This document shows positions 22,111 to 33,580 of a stretch of 43,662 nt of DNA, piece by piece. The number at the start of each line of letters is the position of its first letter. The stretch's first letter is position 1. The stretch lies in NCBI RefSeq assembly GCF_006345805.1, contig NW_021835145.1:1-43662 (forward strand), written 5' to 3'. Source of the stretch: Octopus sinensis (lineage: Eukaryota). A program made the position numbers and the translations under genes. Below the pieces are notes generated by a model. It saw only the letters and a list, made by a program, of their open reading frames with translations, was not told the DNA's origin and made no database searches.

Positions 22111-24107
22111 ACAGAGGGTACTTACTGCTCGAAAGTTTTTGCTTTCTCTCCTCCTTGGTTTGTCCTCGAGAAGATCCCAGTACAGTTTCTTTGTGAGATA
22201 TTTTTGGCATTTACCAACCGCACTGGGAAAATGCCTTTGAGTGTGTGGTGCAGACTTTTGGAGATGTGTACTATTTGATGTGGTCTGGTGGTGTTGTGTA
22301 TGGGTGATTGTTTGTTTTATGTCATCTTCTGTTATGTTTGTTTTTGATTGGATGTATTCCATCATTTGTGTTTTTGTGTCTATGGCTGTGAGCATGTTTG
22401 CTGTATATGTTTTTGTGGTGTTGGTGTGGCTGTTGTTTGCGTTGGGTTTTGAAATGTCTTCGGGAGATGTATTTCCCCCTGCTTTGTTCGTGTTTGCATT
22501 TGGTTTGGTTGTGTTTCTGCTCTTTATTTCCTTCTTTTTGTAGCTTATTTGCCATTCCTCACGGTTTCGTCTTCCGACGAATTTTCTGAGGAATCAGAAG
22601 GGGGTAGGGTATGTTGTGGGCTTCTATGTATATCTGTGTAAGTGGTTGTGTTGTTTGTTTTCGTTGTTGTTGGTTGTTGAGTGTTTGTGTGTTTTGAGTG
22701 CGGTAAGGGATGGGGATCAGTTTGTTGGTGTGTTTTCTTTGTTTTTCTGTTCCTTGGGTTTTGCTGTTGATGGTGGTGTTGGTATTTTTTCAGGTGTCGA
22801 GTGGTTTTTGGTTGATGACGGATTAGCGGTGTGCTTCTCTTGTCGTCTTCTGTGTTGATGGTGGTGTGGGTAGTAGAGCTTTTTTTCCGGAGTGCTTTGG
22901 TTGTGGGTAGTGGTTGTGTTGTTGCTCTGGTGTGGCAGTGGTTGGGCACGTCTTTTCAAGTGTGTTTCGCTTCCACACAAATAGCAGCGTGGTCGCCTGC
23001 CCTCTACCACTATATAGAGTTTGTAGCCTCCTGGCAGTTCTATAGCGGTGGTATCTTCTCTCTTGCTGCTTCATCCAATTGAAGCAGGAATTCGATGATT
23101 TGCCCACATAGTCTTTCTCTCCTAGAACCGCGATTTCCAGGATGTTTGTCTCTGACATTTCAAAGCAGATGGCCGAGACCAACATTGTGTTTCGTCGACA
23201 TCAAATGGTTTGTTTTTTTATTTGGACTTTCGTGACCCTTTGTTTAAATAGACTGGTATCATTACCAAGTCGTCCGAATGCAGCTCCAATGTGGAAAAAC
23301 GTTTGCTAAACTTTCGTTGAGGAAACGTACTTGGACTGTACAAAATTGTTTCCCCAACTGATATATTCCTTTGAGTCCCATGCAGGACGAAGGCATTTAT
23401 CGATTTTTTCCTGCGTTGCATTTTCTGTTCTTCTTGTTTTTTTGTTTATTACTTTTATAAATTATTTTTTTTTTTTTGTGTGTTTCCACGATGTGTTGTG
23501 GAATATGAAGGTGCAATTTGTCTCCTTCTTTGGAGAAGATTGCCTTTGTGCGGTTTATCTCTTGTGTGGTGAATGTTACAATTGTTCTTTTTTGTTTTGT
23601 TACGTCCGCAAAATTCGTTTTGAATTTGGCAGTAGAAGTGTTAATTGTGGCAGTGTTAATTGAAGTCATGGTAGTGGTGTTGGTGTTGGCGGTATTAGCA
23701 GCAGAAGGCTTGGATGTAGCATTTGACGTCGTAGTAGTGGTGTTGGTGTTGGCGGTGTTGTCTTTGGTAGGCGGCTTTGTGCCAATTTCGTTGTTGTTGT
23801 TGTTGGTGGTGATGGTGGTGGTGCTGGCATTCATGTTTTCGTTTGTATTCATTTTTGAAATCCCTTTCTCTGTCCCTTTATCATCAACAAGTGGTGTGGG
23901 GAGTGAGGGGAAATCTAAGTTAATGTCTTTGGTCGCGGCGATGGTGAATGCGACGTTAGATTTGTTGTTGTTGTTGTTGGTGGTGGTGATGGTGGTGACA
24001 GCGGTGTTCACGCTGCGATGTTTAGCAGCTAGTGGTAGCAATAGTGTTTTGCTACCGTTCTGCATGACTGGCGGGCTAGCCACGTGGTTTCTAGTTGCCA
24101 TTTTCAA
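22111..24107 (-). CDS. Tx1 ORF1 (gag-like; Thr/Asn-rich N-terminus, central folded region, zinc knuckle, low-complexity tail), frameshifted as assembled
   Basis: ATG at 24107 (MKMATRNH...); VEGRRPRCYLCGSETHLKR(x)C knuckle near 22948-23010; position upstream of ORF2. Confidence 0.75.
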
Positions 24108-24329
24108 AATGAAAAATGGCTAAAAAACCCACGAAAGTTTTGAAAGTTTTTTGTAATTTCGCCCATACAGGGGCGGAATTCTACGTGAATAATTCTCAGG
24201 TTTTTTAGTGAATGAATTGCACAACGATTAAAACAAAATATTTGACAACAAGGAGTTTTAACATGTAAAAAAGTGGCCAACTTACGTGGAGCCGATATGA
24301 CTAGCGTCCGTCCATTGTGAGAGATGACA

Positions 24330-24362
<33 letters not shown>

Positions 24363-24566
24363 CATACACACTGGATATTTTAGTGAAGAACTATTTTCAC
24401 AGTTTTTTTACATATTATTATACATCAGTGAGACATATAACATACACTCGCTCTCTGTCTGTATCTGTCTGTCTATCTGTCCGTCTGTCTGTCCGTCTCT
24501 GTATGTCTGTCTGTCCGTCTCTCTCTCTCTCTTTCTCACATATTCATAGTTTGTATGGGTGTGTGT

Positions 24567-24597
<31 letters not shown>

Positions 24598-25149
24598 AAA
24601 ATAAAATGGCTACCAGTAAGAAAGGAGAGTAAGATAGGACAGTATGAAATTTATATAAAATAAATAGTTCCCGATTGTCTACTCTTGAGCAATGCACGCA
24701 CACAGAGTTTTCATCGTCTCCTCCCCCCCCTCTTTCGTTTGCATACGGATACTGCCTCTTTTCTACTTTTATTACTATGCTATTATACAATACTCTTTCT
24801 TCCTCTTCATTGTAGACTTTACTATTTCTGGTTTTTCTTTTCCTCCCTCTTCCACTTTCTCTTTATCGCTATCTATTATTATTTCTTCATTCTTTGATGA
24901 AAAAAAAAAATGTAGCGAGCTAGTCGTTTTACCAGAAGACTTCATTAATTAGGAACTGTTAATTATTCTTATACGGATGTCCGGTATTGAAGCAGGCATA
25001 TAACATGATTTTAATGAATTTAAGCAAGAAATCAAAGCTTTTGGATGCAATTTTAAATTGTGCTCGCAACCAAAAGTTGTCTTCTTTTGTATAAGTATTT
25101 CGCTACAAAAGTTTCCATGAGAAATACCACGGGATTAAAAGACAGCTTA

Positions 25150-25285
25150 CCATATTCTTTTATTCTTTTACTTGCTTCAGCCATTTGACTGCGGCCATGC
25201 TGGAGCACCGCTCTCGTTTCCAGAACGTATTCTTTGTAAACCTAGTACTTATTCTATTGGTCTCTTTTGCCGAACTGCTAGGTTA
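25150..25285 (-). mobile_element. SINE family A tail, broken by a 24-bp repeat insertion
   Basis: TTCAGCCATTTGACTGCGGCCATGCTGGAGCACCGC...TTTGCCGAACTGCTAG. Confidence 0.8.
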
Positions 25286-25293
25286 CAGGATGT

Positions 25294-25368
25294 ATTTGTG
25301 CTATGCATCCGATCTGCATTTGTGCTATGCATCCGATCTGCATTTGTGCTATGCATCCGAACTGCTAG
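25294..25368. repeat. 24-bp minisatellite, about 3 copies (ATTTGTGCTATGCATCCGATCTGC)
   Basis: Units start at 25294, 25318 and 25342. Confidence 0.9.
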
Positions 25369-25435
25369 AATCTCTAAATACCACAATTTACCATGAAACG
25401 AAATCGGAATGTAAATCTATGAACTCATAAACATA

Positions 25436-25540
25436 TTATGCCACCTGAAGAAGCTCTTTTGCACTGTGCGTTACATCTGATGTTATTGCATCGCTCCACG
25501 CCACGCAGTGCAATTGACCGAAACAATTGTTGTGCTAATA
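25436..25540 (+). ncRNA. Decayed minimal hammerhead ribozyme motif (PLE type)
   Basis: GCCAC-CTGAAGA(25445-25451)-long helix II (TTGCACTG..GCGT / ACGC.CAGTGCAA)-GAAA(25520-25523)-palindrome ACAATTGT-T-GTGC. Confidence 0.55.
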
Positions 25541-25647
25541 AATGCTTTTTGCTATATTCCGTCTTTTCCATAAATAGTTTCCCGTACCTGCGTACGTTTA
25601 TCAGGCCTGATGAACGTACCCATGTACTGGAAACTATTTATTGGCAC

Positions 25648-26022
25648 TCAGTCGCTTACGACGACGAGGGTTCCAGTTGATCCGATGATCGGAACAGCCT
25701 GCTCGTGAAATTAACGCGCAAGTGGCTGAGCACTCCCCAGACACGTGTATCCCTTAACATAGTTCTCGAGGATATTCAGCGTGATACAGTGTGACAAGGC
25801 TGGCCCTTTCAATTACAGGCACAACAGAAACAGGAAGTAAGGGTGAGAGAAAGTTGTGGTGAAAGACTACAGCAGGGTTCGCCACCATCCCCTGCCGGAG
25901 CCTCGTGGAACTTTAGGTGTTTTCGCTCAATAAACACTCACAACGCCCGGTCTGGGAATCGAAACCGCGATCCTATGACCGCGAGTCCGCTGCCCTAACT
26001 ACTGGGCCATTGCGCCTCCACA
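25648..26022 (-). mobile_element. tRNA-headed SINE (head D, tail 2)
   Basis: Head matches the 13611 copy; tail matches 42330-42505. Confidence 0.85.
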
Positions 26023-26174
26023 CTCAAACCTATTAGTAGCGCGATAAAATTATGTAGTTGAAACGTTTAGTAATAAACACACATAGACACATACATACAC
26101 ACACACACTCACACATAGATGTATATAAGTTATATATATGCATACATTGTGTACGCACACGTATTTACTCACGC

Positions 26175-26345
26175 ATGCATGGGAGAACGGACTTGCCATT
26201 TGAGCAACATAAAAACAAAGCAACATATCAGGATTTGGTTGATGACATTCTTGTGAAACGATGGGATGCGGTTTCATTCGATACTGAAGTCAGCTGTTGC
26301 GGTTTTCCAGCGAGATCGATTTTACTGCAGAAGATCGTTTTATAA
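26175..26345 (+). pseudogene. Fragment of the restriction-like endonuclease C-terminus of a HERO/NeSL-like LINE
   Basis: WEN(fs)..FEQHKNKATYQDLVDDI..RWDAVSFDTEVSCCGFPARS resembles the PWEE..A.ERK..KY..L....W......EVG.RGF...S pattern. Confidence 0.5.
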
Positions 26346-26616
26346 ACCCAGCACGAACAAAAGCCACCACCTGCATAACCCTCACACGTGAAACCAGTTC
26401 TATGTAGTCGTGGCTGAATAAAAGACCGCTTTTGGAACCTTTCATTAAGCGAAAGCTAATTTCAATCCTGGCTGGTCCACTGAGGCGAAGCGTACAGACT
26501 TGGGGGGGGGGGTGCTTGAAAATTTTGTGGTTCTAAGTTATCGGCAAGAGATGCAGAAGGGATTCTGACGTTTCTTTGGGCCTAATCACAATCAATATGA
26601 GAGCTTGAAAGATATT

Positions 26617-26905
26617 TGTGGAGGCACATGGCCTTGTGGTTAGAGCAGCGAACTCGCGGGTTCGAATCTCAGACCGGACGATGTGTGTGTTTATGAGCGA
26701 AACACCTAAGCTCTACGCGGCTCCGGCAGAAGGTAATGGCAAAACTTCTGCTGACTCTTTCGCCACAACTTTCTCTCACTCTTTCCTCCTGCATCTTGCA
26801 GCTCACCGGCGTCCCGTCCAGGTGGGAAACCTATACGCCAAGAAACCGGCAAAACCGGTCCTTATGAGCCAGGCATGGCTCGAGAAAGAACAAACAACAA
26901 ACAAC
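26617..26905 (+). mobile_element. tRNA-headed SINE (head D variant, tail 3 ending in AAC repeats)
   Basis: TGTGGAGGCACATGGCCTTGTGGTTAGAGCAGCG; shares CTTTCGCCACAACTTTCTCTCACTCTT with the 13611 copy; ends GGCATGGCTCGAGAAAGAACAAACAAC. Confidence 0.8.
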
Positions 26906-27001
26906 TTGCAAGATCTTTAAATAGCTGTTGCAATTTCTTGGTGGGACAAGGAATCTATGATGTTTATTTCACACACAGAATCTCTCTCTCTCTCTCTTTC
27001 G

Positions 27002-27034
<33 letters not shown>

Positions 27035-27592
27035 GAACAAACAAACATATATTTGTATATTTTGAAGGAGGCATTATCTGTTAATATATGGTGGCCCAAA
27101 GTAGGTTTACAGTTATTCAACTATCTCTTTCACATTCATATATAAACAATTTAGATCTTAATTATAAAAGAATATGAAAGCATTATTCTATGCTAATTTA
27201 ATTAATTTTGCTCCATTTTTAGTTTGTAAGATAGAAACCTAAATGTAATGAAATGTTTTAAAAGAAATTTCAAAATGCCTATTTGGTAACCGTAAACCTA
27301 CTTTTGGACCATGCTCATAATTTTCCCTCGTATTTCAATATTTCATGGTTAGATCCTTTTGTGATTTACTAATACAAGGTAAAAGAATAAAACATAGTCT
27401 TGTATTACGCTGCTTATTACTTTATTTTATCTAGTTTCAGCTCACGAGCTGTGGCCATGCTGGGGTACCGCCATTTGCATTGATGTCACTGAAATCTTAT
27501 AAAACAACAAAACAACACACGCACACACACACACACACACATAGGGAAACCTACATATGTGTGTGTATATACGTACATACATACATGCATGC

Positions 27593-27632
<40 letters not shown>

Positions 27633-27938
27633 ATATATATATATCTATATATATGCACACATATATATTCACACACAGACACATACACACACATATATAC
27701 ACATACGTACATCACGCATAAAGATATCATTATGTAAATATGTGTATGTTTATTTTTTGTGCCTATTCGTAGAAATGTGTGTGTGTGTGGGTGTGTGTAT
27801 GTTTGTATATATTTACGTTCGTGTATATATATGTATATTTATACACGAACGCAAATATATGCTCGCACAAACAGGTACACAAACACAAATGCAAGATTGA
27901 AAATGCAGGCATGCATAAACAATGCTACGTAACTTAAT

Positions 27939-28000
<62 letters not shown>

Positions 28001-28289
28001 AAGGTTAGATATCACAATACATTCTTTTTAAGATTACCTGTCTTGTTATTAACTCATTGTATGTTACAACAAATACCTACAACTCCAACTCTACCATCAC
28101 TGCCGCACCCCGATTACCACAACCGCCGCCGCCTTCATCACTGAACCCCCGCCCACCATTCACTCTGTATATGTATACCTTGATACATATTTTTCGACAC
28201 GTATCAGTAAATATTCACAATTATGTCTGTCTGTCTGTCTCTTTACCTATCTGGCTGTCTATCTATTTATATGTGTGTCTGTGTCTGTC

Positions 28290-28338
<49 letters not shown>

Positions 28339-28589
28339 TTGTCTGTCTGTCTGTCTATGCCAGAATAATGCTTGTCATTTGGTCATAACTTTGGAAGTAT
28401 ACCTTTGCCGATGTAGGTAATATTAAGAAATATGGCATGCATCCAATAGTTATAATTTAACTTTTATCCAAAATTGTGGTGCTGAGACAAAATAGTTAAA
28501 TGAAAATCTAATTTCCCAAACAAAAATTTTTTATTACGTTAAAATATAATTACACGAGGCAAATTTGTCATTCATCTTCTGTCTTTTAT

Positions 28590-28900
28590 GTTACTTGTTT
28601 CATTCATCAGACTGCGGCCATGCTGGGGCACCGCCTTGAAGAAATTTTGGTCGAATGTATCAACCTCTTTTCTGAGTTATTAAGTTACGGGGGATGTAAG
28701 CACACTACCACCGGTTGTCAAGCAGTGGAGGGGGCAGATACACACACACACACACAAACCCACACACTCATACACATACATATATACGACGTGCTTGTTT
28801 TAGTTTCTGTCTCTCAAATCCACTCGTAAGGCTTTGGTCGACCCGAGGCTATTGTAGAAGACACTTGGTGCTACGCAGTGGGACTGACTTAACAAACTTC
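28590..28900 (-). mobile_element. SINE family A, decayed
   Basis: GACTGCGGCCATGCTGGGGCACCGCC tail, (CA)n, GGCTTTGGTCGACCCGAGGCTAT..GACACTTG head part. Confidence 0.75.
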
Positions 28901-28967
28901 TTACTACACAGCCTCGCCTGTATATTTGCAAATAATACTTGTTAATATTTGGCTAAATGTCATGAAC

Positions 28968-29160
28968 CATGGCGGCAGAATCGTTAGCACGACGGGCGAA
29001 ATGCATTCATCTCTACGTTCTGAGATCAAATTCCGTCGAGTTTGTTTTTCATTCTTTCGACGTCAATATAAGTACCGGTTGATCACTGGGGTCGATGTAA
29101 TCGACTTATCCGCGTCCCCAAATTTATTGGCCTTATGCCATAATTTGAAACCAGTATCTG
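28968..29160 (+). mobile_element. SINE family C, decayed
   Basis: GGCAGAATCGTTAGCACGACGGGCGAAATGC...GTTCTGAGATCAAATTCCG...ACTGGGGTCGATGTAATCGAC. Confidence 0.75.
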
Positions 29161-29373
29161 CGTAAATTTTATCACTTGCGTATTTCCCCGCAAAATTTAA
29201 AAAAGGTGTATTTTTTTCTGGAAGTTATATCACTCTTCCTGCACCTCTTACGTTAGCTCTCTCTCTATATCTCCTTTTGACCTTCTGTCGCCTTCTCTCT
29301 ACGGAAAACGTGATTGAAAGTATTAACCAACTAACCAACCGACATTTATGTCGGCTATAATTTAATACCTACT

Positions 29374-29605
29374 TAAGGTGCCGAGCCGGCAAAATCGTTC
29401 GCGTGCCGTAGAAATTAGTTAACGGTATTTCGTCTGTCTTTTCGTTCTGAGATCAAATACCGCCGAGGTCGACTTTGCCTTTCATCCTTTCAGGGTCGAT
29501 TAAATAAGTACCAGTTACGCACTGGGGTCGATATAATCGGCTTAATCCGTTTGTCTGTCCTTGTTTGTCCCCTGTGTGTAGCCCCTTGTGGGTAGTAAAG
29601 AAATA
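29374..29605 (+). mobile_element. SINE family C, full length, with Tx1-like 3' tail
   Basis: Head TAAGGTGCCGAGCCGGCAAAATCGTT; ends CCTTGTTTGTCCCCTGTGTGTAGCCCCTTGTGGGTAGTAAAGAAATA. Confidence 0.85.
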
Positions 29606-29709
29606 TGTATTTCGTCCGTCTCAAAGTTCTGAATTCCGCAGGGGTCGATGAATTAAGAACTAGTTAAGTAGTGGAGACGATGTAATCGACTAATCGCCCC
29701 CCCCCCCAC

Positions 29710-29864
29710 AGGACTTATTCTTTGTAAGCCTAATACTTGTTCTATCGGTATCTTTTGTGAACTTCTTAGTTACATGGACGTAAACACACCACACAATCGG
29801 TTGTAAAACGATTGATGGGGGACAAACACAGACACACAAGCATATACATATACATACAATTATA

Positions 29865-29896
<32 letters not shown>

Positions 29897-30089
29897 ATAT
29901 ATATATAATATGTATTATATATACATATACATATACATATATATATATATATTATAGATATATATATATATATATATATATATTACGGGCTTCTTTTAAT
30001 TTCCGTCTACCGAATCCACTCACAAGGCTTTTGTCGGCCCCGAGGCTATATATTGCCCAAGGCGCCATGATTTGGGGTTGAACTCGGAA

Positions 30090-30092
<3 letters not shown>
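29710..30092 (-). mobile_element. SINE family A with internal (TA)n
   Basis: Tail and head segments match the 7059 copy. Confidence 0.8.
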
Positions 30093-30133
<41 letters not shown>

Positions 30134-30196
30134 GACGGGTTTCTTTCAGTTTCCTTTTGCTTGTAGTAGAAAGACTTATTTGATGCGTTCTTATAT

Positions 30197-30361
30197 ATAG
30201 GCGCAGGAGTTGCTCTGTGGTAAGAATGTTGTTTGCCAATCACATTACTTCCGGGTTCAGTCCCACTGCATGGCACTTTGGGCAAGTGTCTTCTACTATA
30301 ACCCCGGGCTGACCAAGTCTCATGAGTGGATCTCATAGACGGAAACTGAAAAAAACACGTC

Positions 30362-30444
<83 letters not shown>

Positions 30445-30450
30445 TGTATG

Positions 30451-30482
<32 letters not shown>

Positions 30483-30700
30483 AGTGCGTGTGTCTTTGTC
30501 CCCTACCACGCTTGATATCCGTGTTTGGGTGTATTTACGTCCCAGTAACTTAGTGGTTCGGAAAAAATAACCCCGATAGCATAAGTATCAGGCTTTAAAA
30601 TACATAAGTACTGGGGTCGAAAAGCTCGGTGAAAATATCTTAAGGTTGTGCCCCAGCGTGGCCGCTGTCTAATAACAGAAACAAGGAATTGATAAAAGAT
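30197..30700 (+). mobile_element. SINE family A, full length, with ~130 bp internal (TA)/(TATG)/(TG) array
   Basis: ATAGGCGCAGGAGTTGCTCTGTGGTAAG...GGTTCAGTCCCACTGC head; GTGCCCCAGCGTGGCCGC-like tail. Confidence 0.85.
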
Positions 30701-31364
30701 ATATGAGAGAGTGTGCATGTGTGTGCACACGCGCGTGTGTTTATCTCGTTTTTTTTTTCTTATCCTTATCCTCTATGTAAAAATAGCAAATTATCTCTCA
30801 ATCCGCTCGTGTATCCGTGTGCCTATCCCTGTAAAACGCCCGATAAAAGAAAAAAAATTGGTAAAGAGAACAGAGGCGGATCGAACAAAGAATGAAGCAG
30901 TAAAGAAACCTGGACGTTTATACATTTTTTTTCCGCTTTTTACGTGACATGAATACAGGAATATGTTGTTCTATGCCCGATTGGTTACATGAGTTTAAAA
31001 TCAGTGAAGCACATTAGAGACGACACGGGGGCCAGGCCACACTGTGTTAATATATGTGGATAAGAAAGATCTTTATAAATTCGGGAACAACGAAGCATAT
31101 AATGGGACAATGAAAGCACCAATTGACAATATTTTACAGAGTTGGTTTTTCGGTAGAAATCTATCCAAGTATCATTTGTTCATATCGTGTGAAAGTACAA
31201 GGAGTGCGCAGTGGTTAAGTGGTATGTTAAGTAGGATGCTGTGTGAGCACATAGCATTTTAATGAATAATGGTTTGCACATTTGGTGCACACGCACATCT
31301 ACAAGCAAATACACGCACGCGCAAACACACATACAGACATACACAAACACACACACAAACAAAA

Positions 31365-31746
<382 letters not shown>

Positions 31747-32104
31747 GAGAGATGTATATATATACACAAACACACAGACAACGCGCGCGCACACACACAC
31801 ACACACACACGTATTTGAAAATTCTATTATTTGGTTTTAGCCTGAGGCTGTGTCCATGCTGTGCCATCGCCATTAGCAATAACGCTTTTTTTTTTCGTTT
31901 TAGGCTCACTCCCCAGCCCTCTCTCACCGTTTTCGGTCCTGGTGAAATGTGGGTTAAACAAAGCTTCCCTTTGCATTTTTTTTTTGCCGCAATGTGGATT
32001 CATATAAACATTTAGCAAACCGACTTTAAACGCATCAGCATCTGCTCATCTTAGACCTGTGAAGTCTTTACGCACGGAATTGAAACACTGTGTGCGTGTG
32101 TATA

Positions 32105-32271
32105 TAACTACCATGTAGCACGAAGCTTGCTTCCCAGCACCGCGATTCTAGGTTCAGTCCCACTGCGTGGCACCTTGGGCGAGTGTCTTCTATTATAGCC
32201 TCAGGCAGATCGAAGTCTTGTGAGTCGATTTGGTTAACAGAAATTAAAGAAACCATTTATTTCTCTCTCCC

Positions 32272-32308
<37 letters not shown>

Positions 32309-32440
32309 CCATTTCCTCCTCTCATCCTCTACTGACGAAGAGCGAAGGCTTTAACCACCAAAGAGTCTTGCATTCTTTACCAGCTAATACACCTGCTTGT
32401 TTTTCCCTCACCTGTCTTTGTCGTTTGTTTTCTATACATT
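32105..32440 (+). mobile_element. SINE head A plus (CT)n plus a different tail with a hammerhead-core relic
   Basis: GCTTGCTTCCCAGC..GGTTCAGTCCCACTGCGTGGCACCTTGGGCG; (CT)n at 32260-32305; CTGACGA-A-GAGC-GAAG-GCT at 32332. Confidence 0.6.
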
Positions 32441-32491
32441 TGAAATCATAGATATACAGATAGATAGATAGATAGATAGATAGATAGTAGA

Positions 32492-32566
<75 letters not shown>

Positions 32567-32602
32567 AACAGATAATTAGATAGATAGATAGATAGAGAGA
32601 TA

Positions 32603-33281
32603 TGTTTCTTTATTAGCCACACAGGGCTGCACACAAACAGAAAAATTACAAGGTAGAGCTTTTCTTTTGGGGGTAAAAAAAAGGGGGTTGGTTTTCGATC
32701 AAAAGGGATCGTAAAAGGAAAAAAGAGGACAAAAAAAGGGGAGGAGGTTTTTTAAAAAAAAGGGGGAGAGGGAAAAAAAAAGAAAAGGGGAGAGGGAAAA
32801 AAAGTTGAGGAATAGGGATCGCAATCACAGAAATGTAAATATGGAAGTGTAAAGGGGAGGACAGGTGAGGTTTACCCGTGGAAAGAAAAGCCTACGGAAA
32901 AGACCACGGTAACCCGGTCAATGAAGCCACATGTTTATCTTTTTTTCTTTTTTTTTTTTTTTTGCAAATAAGAAACTCTCTGTATTAATTTTTACGGTTC
33001 ATAGAATCATAGTCAAGGTGGCTTCGTCATTCATACGTGCCATCCTTGCTACATTCACCCATCTTTTTTAAAACATTCACTAGACAAAAGTTGCCTCTCT
33101 ACTCTCACTTTCCTCTTCAAGTGATACTTGAAGAAGTTGATGAGAGATTGACCAGAGAGGAAAGTGTTTGTCTCTAATCCTTTCAGGCGCGTCCACCAGA
33201 TACATTCTTTCGCCATAGCCACAAGTATGATAAAAATAGCTCTTCCCTCCCGTTTGAAGGAAGGAGGCGTGACGATATTAA
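32603..33281 (-). mobile_element. 5'-truncated Tx1 copy (~680 bp) inside a (GATA)n array
   Basis: Closely similar to 18271-18955 (IVTPPSFKREGRAIFIILVAMAKECIWWTRLKGL...); GATA-type repeats at 32455-32600 and 33282-33378. Confidence 0.92.
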
Positions 33282-33307
33282 TAGACAGACAGATAAATAG
33301 ATAGATG

Positions 33308-33357
<50 letters not shown>

Positions 33358-33539
33358 CAGATAAATAGATAGATAGATAAATAGATATGTGTGTGAGTGT
33401 GCTTGCGTGTGAATGTGTTTATCTGTGTACACGTGTGTGTTTATATATGTGTTCGCTTCTGTGGCCGTACCGTACCACTTCTTGATAACCGGTGGTGGTT
33501 TGTTACACCAACACATACGCACAAACACGCACACGCACG

Positions 33540-33580
<41 letters not shown>

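Larger units (their letters stand above)
18271..24329 (-). mobile_element. Apparently full-length Tx1/L1-clade LINE (~6.06 kb) flanked by (GATA)n
   Basis: 5' UTR ~220 bp, ORF1, ORF2, ~400 bp 3' UTR ending AATAAAGAAA then (TATC)n; GATA arrays at 18245-18270 and 24330-24361. Confidence 0.92.

Noticed and set aside
22241-23718. Plus-strand hydrophobic ORFs overlapping Tx1 ORF1 (e.g. 23518-24123, 22241-22543)
   Set aside because: Antisense shadows of Thr/Asn/Gln-rich codons of ORF1, not independent membrane proteins.
25294-25368. Short direct repeats as a possible CRISPR array
   Set aside because: Units are contiguous with no unique spacers, in a eukaryotic context.
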